This document shows positions 10,801 to 19,888 of a DNA stretch of 64,000 nt, piece by piece. Numbering within the stretch: the first letter of the stretch is position 1; every line of letters begins with the position of its first letter. This DNA comes from Micromonosporaceae bacterium (GTDB lineage Bacteria > Actinomycetota > Actinomycetes > Mycobacteriales > Micromonosporaceae). A program made the translations under genes and the position numbers. The stretch is from positions 17,190 through 81,189 of the forward strand of contig DASXRC010000021.1 in assembly GCA_036506795.1 (NCBI GenBank), read 5' to 3'. The notes beneath the pieces were generated by a model. That model was given only the letters and a program-made list of their open reading frames with translations, was not told the DNA's origin and ran no database searches.

Positions 10801-11009
10801 ACTCGCTGCGCGGGATGCGGGCGATGGCGCGGATCCGCGCCGAGGTGGCCGTCGACGTGCCGATGCGGTCCTTGTTCACCCATCCTGTGGTAGCCGACCT
10901 GGCGGCCGAGATCGAGCGGCTGATCGGTGCCGAGCTCGACGACATGACCGACGCCGAGGTCGCGGCCCTCCTCGGCGGTGGGACGACCGGAGGGGGCAGT
11001 GCGGCATGA
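7881..11009 (+). CDS. Non-ribosomal peptide synthetase module C-A-PCP (hand-derived specificity code DLTKVGEVGK, Asn-like)
   Basis: C domain [10 protein letters not shown] domain [53 protein letters not shown]. The start overlaps the dioxygenase stop. Confidence 0.92.
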   Translation: MTEWSVPASYAQERIWIASQVDPASPVYNVSVPWRVPAGLTGEQVTAALGALVRRHESLRTHLRVENGTLMQVVRDRERIDMPVVDLRASSDQQRSERVDALAEELAQTAIPLDRPPLWRARLVRLDGEEWLLLFVVHHAVFDGGSLAVFGRDLRALSQFALTGAPLDLPEPEIQYADFAVWQRDRLSGAELNRQLAYWRDRLAGAAPVIGLPLDHPRPSKLGFAGDEIHFELPAGTFDRVGELARDCSATPFTVLLAAFAALLSRLSGSDDLVVGVSTAGRDRPELDDVIGMFVNPVALRCDVGGDPTVAELIGRVRGSLIEALEHAEAPFHRVVDAVAPAWNSSTQPIFQVALNFIPEAGLDPIPLGTTKDDLAFDLTATEGRLLYRTALWDRSTAEAIVRRYLRLVRAALADPGARVSQMPLLDGAEERLVLQTWNDTARESAPETVTALIERQAARGPDAVAVVDNATALTYAQLNGGANRLARALIERGAGPESLVALVLPRSADLVVALLAVLKAGAAYVPIDPDYPAERIAYLLGDARPAVVVACVETAGIAPADALVLAPSAAGPANPDLTDADRVAPLRPGHSAYVIYTSGSSGKPKGVVVEHRSLHAYLTWARAAYPGLAGTALLHSALSFDLTVTGLLGTLSAGGTIRLAGLDEAAARSGGPPTFLKATPGQLSLLDDGLSPTDDLVLGGEALAAEALDAWRSTHPGARVTNEYGPTEATVGCVSARFEPGDVLPPGPVAIGCPSWNTQAYVLDRGLRPVPPGAVGELYIAGDQVARGYLRRPALTAERFLPCPFGAPGRRMYATGDLARWRADGTLEYLGRTDQQIKVRGIRVEPGEIESALLARPGVHEAAVALRAHDGADDETLVAYVVGTADGADLADGLARVLPAPLVPSAFVPLDHLPTTPNGKLDREALPAPVLASSPGYVAPSTDSEAFVAEVFADILGVEKVGARDDFFALGGNSLRGMRAMARIRAEVAVDVPMRSLFTHPVVADLAAEIERLIGAELDDMTDAEVAALLGGGTTGGGSAA

Positions 11010-14000
11010 CGTCGGTGCGGGAGGGCGCCGTCGGGCACGCCACCGGCGTGGCCGGCGACACCGATCGCGCCGCCGCCCGGGACGCGCTGATCGCACAACG
11101 GTTGCGCCAGCGCCGGGACGGTCCCTCGCCGGTCGCCATTCCGCGGCGGCCGCCGGGCATGACACCCCCGCTGTCGTACGCCCAGGAGCGAGTCTGGTTC
11201 ATGAACCAGCTGGCGCCCGGCGAAGCCGCGTACCACATAGCCGTGCCCCTGCGGATCCGCGGGCCACTCGACTTCGACCGGCTGCGCGCGGCGCTGGCCG
11301 AACTGAGCCGGCGGCACGAGGCGTTGCGAACCCGGTTTCCGGCCGACGAGGACGGTCGGCCGCGCGTCGTCATCGAGGACGTCGTGGAGGTGCCGTTGCG
11401 GCTCGTCGACGCGCCGACCGAGGGGGCCGCGCAGGCCCTCATCGACCGGGCCGCGACCGAGCCATTCGACCTGGCGGACGGCCCGCTGCTGCGGGCGTTG
11501 CTCGTACGCCTCGCGGACGACGACCATCAGCTGCTGCTCTGCCAGCACCATATCGTCGGCGACGGCTGGTCGGTCGACGTGCTGTTGCGCGACTTGATCA
11601 CCTTCTACCGGTCGGGCTCGCTGCCGGCGCTGCCGGTCCAGTACGGCGACTTCGCGCGCTGGGAGGCCCAGCTGCTCACCGGCCCGGACGCCCGCCGCCA
11701 CCTCGACTACTGGCGACAGCGGCTCGCCGGCGTGCCGTCGCTGGAGCTGCCCCTCGACCGTCCGCGCCCCGCGACGCAGACCTACCGCGGCGACTTCATC
11801 GAGCTCACCGTCGACCGCGGCGTGACCGATGGACTCCTCGCCCTCGCCCGGAGCGCCGGAGGCACCATGTTCATGGCGCTGCTCGCGGCGTACCAGGTAT
11901 TGCTGGCGCGGCATTCCGGGCAGCGGGACTTCGCCGTTGGCGCCTCGGTCGCGGGCCGGTCCGCTCCCGACCTCGAGAACGTCGTCGGCATGTTCATCAA
12001 CATGCTGCCGCTGCGCGCCGAACTCGACGGCGATCCCACGTTCGCCGGCCTGCTGGCGCGCACGCGCCGGTGCGTGCTGGACGCGTTCGACCACGCCGAC
12101 GTGCCCTTCGCCAAGGTGGTGCGCGAGCTGGGCGTGCCCCGCGATGTCACCCGGTCGCCGGTTTTCCAAGCCATGTTCGTATTGCAGAACTACGAGATGG
12201 GGCGATTCAGTGACGTCGCCCGCGACGCCGATGTCTCGTTCGAGTGGCAGCCGATGGAGCTGCGCGCGACGCGGTTCGACATCGAGCTCCACCTGGTGGA
12301 GGTGTCCGGCGGGCTCTGGGGCAAACTCGTCTACAACACCGACCTGTTTCGTCGGTCCACTGTGGAGCGGCTCGCCACCGCGTACCAGACCCTCCTCCGC
12401 TCGATCGTGGCCGATCCCGGTGCGCGAGTGTCCGAACTCGACCTGCTTGCTCCCGACGAGCGTGCCCTGCTGCTGGACGGCTGGAACGACACGGCGACCG
12501 AATACCCCCACGCCGCGACGCTGCATCGCCTCGTCGAGGCACAGGTGGCCCGCACGCCGGACGTTGTGGCGGTCAGCGGCGAGGACCGGTCGGTGACGTA
12601 CGCCGAGCTGAACGCCGTGGCCAACAAGATCGGGCATCGGCTGCGCGCGGCCGGCGTCGGGCGCGAGACGCTGGTCGGCGTCTGCGCCGAACGGTCGGTC
12701 GAGCTCGTGGCGGCGCTGCTCGGAGTGCTCAAGGCGGGCGGCGCCTACGTGCCGCTCGATCCGGAGTATCCGCCCGACCGCCTTGCGTTCATGCTCACGG
12801 ATTCGGCCGCGCCGGTGGTGCTCGTCCAAGCCCACCTGCGGGAGGTGCTGCCCGCGACGGACGCCGCCGTGCTGGTTGTCGACGACGAGTCCGAGTGGGC
12901 GGGTCAGCCCGTGGACGATCCCGAGCCGGTCGCCGAGGCGACCAACGCCGCGTACGTCATCTACACGTCGGGCTCCACTGGGCGGCCCAAGGGCGTGCCG
13001 AACACCCATCGCGGCGTCGTGAACCGGCTCGACTGGATGCAGAAGGCGTACCGGCTGGGTGCCGGAGACCGCGTGCTGCAGAAGACGCCGGCGAGCTTCG
13101 ACGTCTCGGCGTGGGAGTTCTTCTGGCCGTTGCAGACCGGCGCGCGGCTCGTGCTCGCCAAGCCGGGCGGCCACAAGGACGTGGCGTACCTGCGCGACCT
13201 GATCGCCGCCGAGCGGGTGACCACCACGCACTTCGTGCCGTCGATGCTCACCGCCTTCCTGGCCCAGGAGGGCGTCGAGCGATGCGCCGAGCTGCGCACC
13301 GTGATCTGCAGCGGCGAGGAGCTGCCGGTCGGGACGGCGGTCGAGTTCACCTCCCGGCTGCCACGGTGCGAGCTGCACAACCTGTACGGGCCTACCGAGG
13401 CCGCCATCGACGTCAGCTCCTGGCAGTGCCGGCCGGAGGCGTTGGCCGGGGCGGCGACCGTGCCGATCGGTGCACCGATCGACAACCTGCGCCTGTACGT
13501 CCTGGACGAGCGACTGAACCCGGTGCCGGTGGGGGTCGTCGGGGAGCTCTACATCGCCGGCGTCGGGGTGGCCCGCGGCTACCACCGGCGACCGGCGCTC
13601 ACCGCGGACCGGTTTCTGCCCGAGCCGTTCGACGCGGAACCGGGCGGCCGGATGTACCGGACTGGCGACCGGGCACGCTGGCGCGCCGACGGCACGCTCG
13701 AGTTCCTCGGCCGGCTCGACCATCAGGTCAAGCTCAGGGGGCTGCGCATCGAGCTGGGCGAGGTGGAGGCCACCCTGCGCGGTTGCCATGGCGTGACCGA
13801 CGCGGCCGTCGTCGTACGCGAGGATGCGCCCGGCGACAAGCGCCTGGTCGCGTACGTGGTCGGCCCCGCGGCGAGCGCGGAGCTGAAGCCGGCCCTCAAG
13901 ACCACGCTGCCGGAGTACATGGTGCCGCAGGCGTTCGTCGCGCTGGACCGGCTGCCGTTGACGCCGAACGGCAAGCTCGACCGGGCGGCGCTGCCCGCAC

Positions 14001-16534
14001 CCGTCGTCACCCGCGATTCGTCGGTCGACCTCGTCGACCCGCGTTCGGAGACCGAGCGCCTGCTCGTGCGGATCTGGTCCGAGATCCTTGGTGTGCCGTC
14101 CCTGGGCATCGACGACGACTTCTTCCACCTCGGCGGCCATTCCATGCTGGCGACCCAGGTTGTGGCGAGGATCCGCAGACTCAACCGGAGCGGCCGCCGG
14201 GTCGGCGTGATGGACCTGTTCCAGCAGCGGACCGTGCGCGAGCTCGCCGCCTTCATCGATGCGGCGGTCGACCACGCCGCCGAGCGTCGCCTGCTCTACG
14301 AGCTGACCCGGCCGATCCCGGCCGGAGAGCGGACGCTGACCTACGTCTGCGTGCCGTACGGCGGGGGCAGCGCTGTGGTCTACCAACCGCTCGCCGACGC
14401 GCTGCCCCCCGGGCACGCGCTGTACGCGCTCGCGATTCCGGGACACGACGTCGGCCTCGACGAGACGGCCGTGCCGTTCGAGGAGCTGACCACCCGGGTC
14501 GCCGCCGAGGTGCTCGAGCGCATCGCGGGCCCCATCGCGTTGTACGGCCATTGCGGGGTCGGCAGCGCCATCGTCGCCGAGGTGGCCCGCAAGCTCGAGG
14601 CGGCCGGGCGCGAGCTGGAGGCCGTCTACATCGGAGGGATGTTCCCGTTCGCCCGGCCGAGGGGCGCCTACGCGGCGCTGCGCACCCGGTTGGAGAGGCT
14701 CCGCAGCAACCGCCACTACGCGAGCTGGCTGACGTCGATGGGCGTCGACATCAACGAGCTCGACCCGGACCAGGCGGACCGGATCATCAGCAACATGCGG
14801 GCGGACTCCCGGGCGTCCGAGGAGTACTTCACTCTCCTGCTCGACCACCGCGCCGAGAAGCTGCGCGCCCCGATCATCTCCGTGGTCGGGTCGGAGGACC
14901 CGGTCACGGACTACTTCACCGAGCGGTACGCCGAATGGCAGTTCCTCTCCGACACGCTCGGCCTCGTCGTGCTCGACCGGGCCGGCCACTTCTTCCTCAA
15001 GTACCGCGCCGACGAACTGGCCGAGATCGTCACCCGGGTGCACCCGGCAGTCGCGTCGGACGACGGCGGCCATCTCACGCCCGAGTCGCGCGGCCCGGAC
15101 GCCGCCTGGACGGTGCGGGGCTGGCAACGGGTCGGCGGCCGGCGGATGGACATCACCGTCGTCCGGCCGAGCATGGGCCGGTTCCTGGCGATCGCGGCCG
15201 GTCAGCTTGTCTCCACGGCCGGGTCGGCGCTGACCGCGTTCGCGCTCCCGGTCTGGCTCTACACGCGTACCGGTTCGGTGGCGAACCTGGGCCTGCTGTG
15301 GTCGCTGGCCCTGGTGTGCGGGGTGCTCACGCTGCCCGTGGCCGGCGCCGTCGCGGACCGACTCGACCGGCGGCGCATCATGGTGATCGCCAGCGGCGTG
15401 TCCGGGCTGCTCCAGCTGACGCTCGCCGGCCTGCTCTGGTCGGGCGGTCTGAACCTATGGGAGATCTACCTGCTCGTGTCGCTCGGCCAGGTGGCGGCCT
15501 CGTTCCAACGGATCGCCTTCCAGACCGCGATACCGCAACTGGTGCCGAAGCGCTACCTCGGTCACGCCACCGGCGTGGCACAGCTGTCCAACGGCTTCTC
15601 GATGCTGCTGATGCCGGTCGTGGCGGCCGGCCTGCTTGCCGCCATCGGGCTGACCGGCATCCTGCTGTTGGATGTGGCCAGCTATGTCGTCGCGATCGTG
15701 ACGCTGCTGCTCGTGCGCTTCCCGGACCTGCTGGGCTGGCGGCCGAGGGAACCGTTGCTGACGGCGATCGCGCGGGGCGGCCGCTACTCGTGGAACCACC
15801 GCGGGTTCCGGATGATGCTGGCGTACTTCGCCCTGGGCAACATCTTCCTGGCCCCGGCCCTGGTGCTCGTGGCGCCGCTGGTGCTCGCGTTCGGCACGGT
15901 GGCGCAGGTCGCGCAGGTCGCGGTCGCCGAGGCGCTCGGCGCGATCGCCGGCGGTGCGGCGATGGCGATCTGGGGCGGGCCACGACGTCGGCGCATGATC
16001 GGCGTTCTCATCGCCAACGCCGGCACCGCCACGGGATGCTGCGTCATCGGGATCCATGCGTCGGTCCCGGTTGCGGGGGTCGGCATGTTCGGCATGGCCG
16101 CGGCGATGGCCACCGCCCAGGGGATCTACATCACGATCGTTCAGGTGAAGGTGCCGCAGCGGTACCACGGTCGGGTCTTCGCGATCAACCAGACGCTGGC
16201 GTGGTCGACGCTGCCGATCGGCTTCGCGCTGCTCGCCCCGGCGGCCACCAGACTGTTCGAGCCGATGCTGGCGCCGGGTGGGGCGCTGGCCGGGTCCGTC
16301 GGTGTCCTGATCGGCGTCGGACCGGGCCGGGGGATCGGCTTCGGATACGTCGTGTTCGGGCTGGCCCTGGCGGTCGTGACCGCGGGTGGCGCGCTCGTCC
16401 GCATGCTGCGCCGGTTCGACATCGAGGTTCCCGACGCGCTGCCGGACGACCTCGTCGGTGCCCAGGAGCGCCGGCAGCGCTTGGCCTCGTCCGCGGCCCG
16501 GCGTCCGGTCGCCGCACCGGCACGTCGGGATTGA
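11006..16534 (+). CDS. Non-ribosomal peptide synthetase C-A-PCP-TE fused in frame to an MFS transporter (code DVWHISLIDK, Ser-like)
   Basis: ATG 11006 overlaps the previous stop (ATGA) and is in frame with ORF 10343..16534. C domain [10 protein letters not shown] domain [46 protein letters not shown] and then a 12-TM-like region follow, with no stop until 16534. Confidence 0.9.
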   Translation: MTSVREGAVGHATGVAGDTDRAAARDALIAQRLRQRRDGPSPVAIPRRPPGMTPPLSYAQERVWFMNQLAPGEAAYHIAVPLRIRGPLDFDRLRAALAELSRRHEALRTRFPADEDGRPRVVIEDVVEVPLRLVDAPTEGAAQALIDRAATEPFDLADGPLLRALLVRLADDDHQLLLCQHHIVGDGWSVDVLLRDLITFYRSGSLPALPVQYGDFARWEAQLLTGPDARRHLDYWRQRLAGVPSLELPLDRPRPATQTYRGDFIELTVDRGVTDGLLALARSAGGTMFMALLAAYQVLLARHSGQRDFAVGASVAGRSAPDLENVVGMFINMLPLRAELDGDPTFAGLLARTRRCVLDAFDHADVPFAKVVRELGVPRDVTRSPVFQAMFVLQNYEMGRFSDVARDADVSFEWQPMELRATRFDIELHLVEVSGGLWGKLVYNTDLFRRSTVERLATAYQTLLRSIVADPGARVSELDLLAPDERALLLDGWNDTATEYPHAATLHRLVEAQVARTPDVVAVSGEDRSVTYAELNAVANKIGHRLRAAGVGRETLVGVCAERSVELVAALLGVLKAGGAYVPLDPEYPPDRLAFMLTDSAAPVVLVQAHLREVLPATDAAVLVVDDESEWAGQPVDDPEPVAEATNAAYVIYTSGSTGRPKGVPNTHRGVVNRLDWMQKAYRLGAGDRVLQKTPASFDVSAWEFFWPLQTGARLVLAKPGGHKDVAYLRDLIAAERVTTTHFVPSMLTAFLAQEGVERCAELRTVICSGEELPVGTAVEFTSRLPRCELHNLYGPTEAAIDVSSWQCRPEALAGAATVPIGAPIDNLRLYVLDERLNPVPVGVVGELYIAGVGVARGYHRRPALTADRFLPEPFDAEPGGRMYRTGDRARWRADGTLEFLGRLDHQVKLRGLRIELGEVEATLRGCHGVTDAAVVVREDAPGDKRLVAYVVGPAASAELKPALKTTLPEYMVPQAFVALDRLPLTPNGKLDRAALPAPVVTRDSSVDLVDPRSETERLLVRIWSEILGVPSLGIDDDFFHLGGHSMLATQVVARIRRLNRSGRRVGVMDLFQQRTVRELAAFIDAAVDHAAERRLLYELTRPIPAGERTLTYVCVPYGGGSAVVYQPLADALPPGHALYALAIPGHDVGLDETAVPFEELTTRVAAEVLERIAGPIALYGHCGVGSAIVAEVARKLEAAGRELEAVYIGGMFPFARPRGAYAALRTRLERLRSNRHYASWLTSMGVDINELDPDQADRIISNMRADSRASEEYFTLLLDHRAEKLRAPIISVVGSEDPVTDYFTERYAEWQFLSDTLGLVVLDRAGHFFLKYRADELAEIVTRVHPAVASDDGGHLTPESRGPDAAWTVRGWQRVGGRRMDITVVRPSMGRFLAIAAGQLVSTAGSALTAFALPVWLYTRTGSVANLGLLWSLALVCGVLTLPVAGAVADRLDRRRIMVIASGVSGLLQLTLAGLLWSGGLNLWEIYLLVSLGQVAASFQRIAFQTAIPQLVPKRYLGHATGVAQLSNGFSMLLMPVVAAGLLAAIGLTGILLLDVASYVVAIVTLLLVRFPDLLGWRPREPLLTAIARGGRYSWNHRGFRMMLAYFALGNIFLAPALVLVAPLVLAFGTVAQVAQVAVAEALGAIAGGAAMAIWGGPRRRRMIGVLIANAGTATGCCVIGIHASVPVAGVGMFGMAAAMATAQGIYITIVQVKVPQRYHGRVFAINQTLAWSTLPIGFALLAPAATRLFEPMLAPGGALAGSVGVLIGVGPGRGIGFGYVVFGLALAVVTAGGALVRMLRRFDIEVPDALPDDLVGAQERRQRLASSAARRPVAAPARRD
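14290..15060 (+). other. Thioesterase domain (type-II-TE-like motifs) with Cys at the nucleophile position
   Basis: Motifs [19 protein letters not shown] (TGC at 14552-14554 where GHSxG is expected), GSEDP and AGHFFL. Confidence 0.75.
15146..16531 (+). other. MFS (MFS_3 / EntS-like) transporter domain at the C-terminus of the NRPS
   Basis: Hydrophobic multi-helix sequence begins at [26 protein letters not shown] motif-A-like [13 protein letters not shown]. Same frame as the TE, with no intervening stop in the ORF track. Confidence 0.8.
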
Positions 16535-16604
16535 CGCCGGCTGTGCCCGATGCTGTGATGCTGCGTACCGCCGGCCCCGGGGCGGCCGAGTCGAGGGAGT
16601 GGGG

Positions 16605-17057
16605 ATGGGCTTCGCCTCATTGGACGACCTGCGTAGTGCGGCCGGCACCGAGCTGGGCGTGACCGACTGGATCGAGATTGACCAGGACCGGATCGACCAG
16701 TTCGCCGACGCGACCGGCGACCACCAGTGGATCCACGTCGACCCGGAGCGCGCCCGGAGCGGCCCCTTCGGCGGCACGGTGGCGCACGGGTACCTGACGC
16801 TGTCGTTGATCCCGGCCTTGGCGGCCTCGGTGTGGTCGCTGGACAACGCCCGGATGGGCGTGAACTACGGCCTCAACAAGGTCCGCTTCCCCGCGCCGGT
16901 ACCGGTCGGCTCGCGCGTGCGCGCGCGCATCGAGCTGCTCGCCGTCGACGACGTGCCGGGCAACGGCGTCCAGCTCACCGCCCGGGTCACGGTGGAACGG
17001 GAGGGTGGCGACAAGCCGGTCTGCGTCGCCGAGACCGTGTCGCGGGTGTACGCGTGA
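16605..17057 (+). CDS. MaoC-family (R-specific enoyl-CoA hydratase-like) dehydratase
   Basis: ATG 16605 preceded by GAGGGAGTGGGG. Hot-dog motif ADATGDHQWIHVDPERA...GGTVAHGYLTLS. Confidence 0.85.
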   Translation: MGFASLDDLRSAAGTELGVTDWIEIDQDRIDQFADATGDHQWIHVDPERARSGPFGGTVAHGYLTLSLIPALAASVWSLDNARMGVNYGLNKVRFPAPVPVGSRVRARIELLAVDDVPGNGVQLTARVTVEREGGDKPVCVAETVSRVYA

Positions 17058-18037
17058 GAGCCTGGCGGGTCGCCGAACATGGCGAACCGGCCGCCGTCCT
17101 GCGCCTGGTGGACGCCGACCCGCCGGCGCCGGCGGAGGGTCAGCTGCTCGTGCGGGTACGGGCGACGGCTCTGAACTTTCCGGACGTGCTGCTCTGCCGC
17201 GGCACCTATCAGGTGCGCCCCCCGTTGCCGTTCACGCCCGGTGTCGAGCTGTGCGGCGAGGTGGTGGCCCTTGGCGGGGGCGTCGGTCGGTTCGCGGTCG
17301 GCGACCGGATCATCGGTACGCCGGCGCTGCCGCACGGCGCCCTTGCCGAGTACGCCCTGGTTGACGCCGTCGACGCGTATCCGGCGCCGGACGCCCTCGA
17401 CGACGCCGCCGCCGCGAGCCTGCATATCGCATACCAGACGGGATGGTTTGCCCTGCACCGGCGGGCCCGGCTGCAGCCCGGGGAGACGCTGCTCGTGCAC
17501 GCCGCGGCGGGCGGGGTGGGAAGCGCGGCGCTCCAGCTCGGTTCGGCCGCCGGCGCGCGGGTGATCGCGGTCGTCGGCGGCGCCCGGAAGGCGGAGGCGG
17601 CGACGGCGCTGGGCGCCGACGTGGTGATCGACCGGCGCGAGCGGGACGTTGTCGCGGCGGTGAAGGACGCGACGGGCGGGCGCGGCGCGGATGTGGTCTA
17701 CGACCCGGTTGGCGGCGACGCCTATGCGGCCTCCACGAAGTGCGTGGCGTTCGAGGGCCGCATCCTGGTGATCGGCTTCGCCAGCGGCGCAATCCCGACG
17801 CCGTCGCTCGCGCACGCGCTGATCAAGAACTACTCGATCGTCGGGCTGCACTGGGGGCTGTACAAGAGCCACGACCGGTCGGCGATCGACGAGACCCACG
17901 AGCGCCTCGGCGAGTTGGCCGCGCAGGGCGTCATCGACCCGTTGATCGGCGGCCGGCTGCCGCTCGAGGACGCCGCCGACGGCCTGACCCGGCTCGCCGC
18001 CGGAGACAGCATCGGTCGTCTCGTTGTGCTGCCGTGA
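17054..18037 (+). CDS. MDR-superfamily NADPH:quinone oxidoreductase / enoyl-reductase-like protein
   Basis: GTG 17054 overlaps the MaoC stop (GTGA). Motifs LVRVRATALNFPDVLLCRGTYQ..PFTPGVELCGEVV and the nucleotide loop VHAAAGGVGSAA. Confidence 0.85.
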   Translation: MRAWRVAEHGEPAAVLRLVDADPPAPAEGQLLVRVRATALNFPDVLLCRGTYQVRPPLPFTPGVELCGEVVALGGGVGRFAVGDRIIGTPALPHGALAEYALVDAVDAYPAPDALDDAAAASLHIAYQTGWFALHRRARLQPGETLLVHAAAGGVGSAALQLGSAAGARVIAVVGGARKAEAATALGADVVIDRRERDVVAAVKDATGGRGADVVYDPVGGDAYAASTKCVAFEGRILVIGFASGAIPTPSLAHALIKNYSIVGLHWGLYKSHDRSAIDETHERLGELAAQGVIDPLIGGRLPLEDAADGLTRLAAGDSIGRLVVLP

Positions 18038-18065
18038 CCGACGACCGGGGACGCCACCCTTCGGC

Positions 18066-18572
18066 TCAGGTGTTCTCCTCGATGTACCTCTCCGGCTCCT
18101 TGTCGCGGAACTCGAGGCCTCGCCCGCTCGGGTGGTCGGCATAGAACGCCAGCCACTGCGCGCCGAGCTCCGCTCGCAGCTCCCTGCTCGCGTGATGCCG
18201 GAAGTCGGGCAGCACCTCGTCCTCCTCCTCGGTGAGGTGCTCGCTGTTCTCCCGTCGGGTGTCCCACACCGCCGCCCACCAGTCGTCGGAGCCCACGGCC
18301 CGCCGACTCGCGGTGGCGATCGCGTCACGGATCTTGTTGTGATCGCGGATCGCGTCCTCGGTCTCCTCCTCCGCGTCGTCGCTCCGCTTCAGCAGGCGTG
18401 GGTAGAAGATCGCTTCCTCCGCCTCGGCGTGGATCTCCAGGTGCAGGGCCAGCGGTTCCCACACCGATCGCAGTTGCTCCTCGGTTCCGGCATCGTCGAG
18501 GCGGGCGAAGCCGCGGCGGAAGGCTTCATGGTCATCAAGGATGAGGGCTGTGATGTCCTCCATGCGAGCCAT
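18066..18572 (-). CDS. Hemerythrin (HHE cation-binding) domain protein
   Basis: ATG 18572 with GGAGAAAG RBS. His/Glu-rich motifs LILDDHEAFRR, HLEIHAEAEE, IRDHNKIRD. Confidence 0.8.
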   Translation of the reverse strand: MARMEDITALILDDHEAFRRGFARLDDAGTEEQLRSVWEPLALHLEIHAEAEEAIFYPRLLKRSDDAEEETEDAIRDHNKIRDAIATASRRAVGSDDWWAAVWDTRRENSEHLTEEEDEVLPDFRHHASRELRAELGAQWLAFYADHPSGRGLEFRDKEPERYIEENT

Positions 18573-18662
18573 CTTTCTCCAATACAATCCGCCCGGCCAA
18601 CCAGGGCAAACCGGATCTTCCTTCATGGACAGCGATCAGAACGACTGGCAGGGTGGTGGCTT

Positions 18663-19832
18663 ATGGCAGGCGATGATCGAGAGCCGGGTGTCGGTCCCGA
18701 GTCGGCCATCGGTCCCGAGTCGGCCATCGGCGCCGGCGCCGAGGAGACCGCGGCACCGGTCTCGATCGCCGACCGGGTGCCGCCGGGGCTGGTGTTCAGG
18801 TGGGCGGCCGCGGCTACCGCCGGAGTGCTCATCGTGCTGGCCGTCGCGTACGGCTTCTACATCGTGCGCGGCATCCTGGTCCTCGTCTTGATCGCGTTGT
18901 TCGTGGCGGTCAGCCTGGATCCGGCCGTGCGGTGGCTCGTAACCCGGGGGGTGCGGCGCCCGTTCGCTGTCATGATCGTGGTGCTGATCCTTGTCGCGCT
19001 GTTCGGCGTGTTCATCTGGTCGATCGTGCCGCCCGTCGTCGAGCAGGGCGGCAAGCTGTTCTCGGATCTGCCGGGGTATCTGCGCAAGCTCGCGGACCAG
19101 TCGAGGGCGGTGCGCGAGGTCACCGACCGGTACCACCTGACCGACCGGCTGACCGCCCTCGCCGCCGAGCTCCCGGGCCGGCTGGCCGGCGGCGCCTTGG
19201 GCGTCGTGCAGAGATTTCTCGGCGCGCTCGCCTCCTCGCTGACGGTGCTCGTGCTGTCGATCTACTTCATGGCCGACATGCCGCGCCTGCGGCGGGGCGT
19301 GGTGGGGCTGTTCCCGCACCGCCGGCGCGCGCGGGCCGCCGAGATCGTCGACGTGGTGGTCGACAAGGTCGGCGGGTACATGATCGGAAACATCATCATC
19401 TCGCTGTTCGCGGGCGTATCGTCGTTCATCTTGCTGGAACTGGTTCGGGTTCCGTTCGCGCTACCGCTGGCAGTGGCGGTGGCGATCGCCGACCTGATCC
19501 CGATGATCGGCGCCACCCTCGGCGCCGTGATCTGCGTCGTCGTCTCGGTGTTCACCGTCGACATCTGGCCGGCGGCCGTGATCGTGCTGCTGTTCTTCAT
19601 CGCGTACCAGCAGCTGGAGAACTACCTGATCGCGCCGCGCGTGCTGCGCAACACCGTGGATCTGTCCTCGGTGGCGGTCCTGCTGGCCGCGTTGATCGGC
19701 GGCGCCGTGCTCGGCCTGGTCGGCGCGATCATGGCGATACCCGTCGCCGCCACGGTGAAGGTCGTGATGTCCCCGATGCTGCCCACGGCCGACCAGCAGC
19801 ACCTGCCCGGCGACGCGGACCCGGAGCTCTGA
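18663..19832 (+). CDS. AI-2E family (PerM/UPF0118) transporter
   Basis: ATG 18663 is in frame with ORF 18024..19832. Multi-TM protein whose C-terminal part reads IADLIPMIGATLGA...IAYQQLENYLIAPRV, typical of the family. Confidence 0.85.
   Translation: MAGDDREPGVGPESAIGPESAIGAGAEETAAPVSIADRVPPGLVFRWAAAATAGVLIVLAVAYGFYIVRGILVLVLIALFVAVSLDPAVRWLVTRGVRRPFAVMIVVLILVALFGVFIWSIVPPVVEQGGKLFSDLPGYLRKLADQSRAVREVTDRYHLTDRLTALAAELPGRLAGGALGVVQRFLGALASSLTVLVLSIYFMADMPRLRRGVVGLFPHRRRARAAEIVDVVVDKVGGYMIGNIIISLFAGVSSFILLELVRVPFALPLAVAVAIADLIPMIGATLGAVICVVVSVFTVDIWPAAVIVLLFFIAYQQLENYLIAPRVLRNTVDLSSVAVLLAALIGGAVLGLVGAIMAIPVAATVKVVMSPMLPTADQQHLPGDADPEL
18691..18730 (+). repeat. 18-nt tandem repeat (TCGGTCCCGAGTCGGCCA x2.2) inside the transporter N-terminus
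   Basis: Perfect copies at 18691-18708 and 18709-18726. They encode GPESAI-GPESAI. Confidence 0.95.
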
Positions 19833-19888
19833 TCCCGGCTGGCCGGCTACGCTGAGCCTGCAGGGGCGGCGACGCTCGGGGGTTAACG

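Noticed and set aside
10691-15127. 1478-aa ORF on the minus strand, antisense to the terminal NRPS gene
   Set aside because: It lies entirely opposite a gene with unambiguous C/A/PCP/TE motifs. Its translation is Arg/Gly/Pro/Asp-rich low-complexity sequence with no recognisable motif. Long antisense ORFs are expected in very GC-rich DNA because stop codons are AT-rich.
15146-16534. Treating the MFS region as an independent gene starting at the internal ATG 15146
   Set aside because: No stop codon separates it from the TE domain in the given sequence, and I saw no convincing RBS just upstream (..GGTCGGCGGCCGGCGG ATG). I report it as a fusion and flag independent initiation as the alternative to test.
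12244-16662. 1472-aa ORF in an alternative plus-strand frame across the NRPS/MFS gene
   Set aside because: It is an alternative frame of a clearly coding region. Its composition is Arg/Ala/Gly-dominated and it has no domain motifs. This is a GC-bias artefact.
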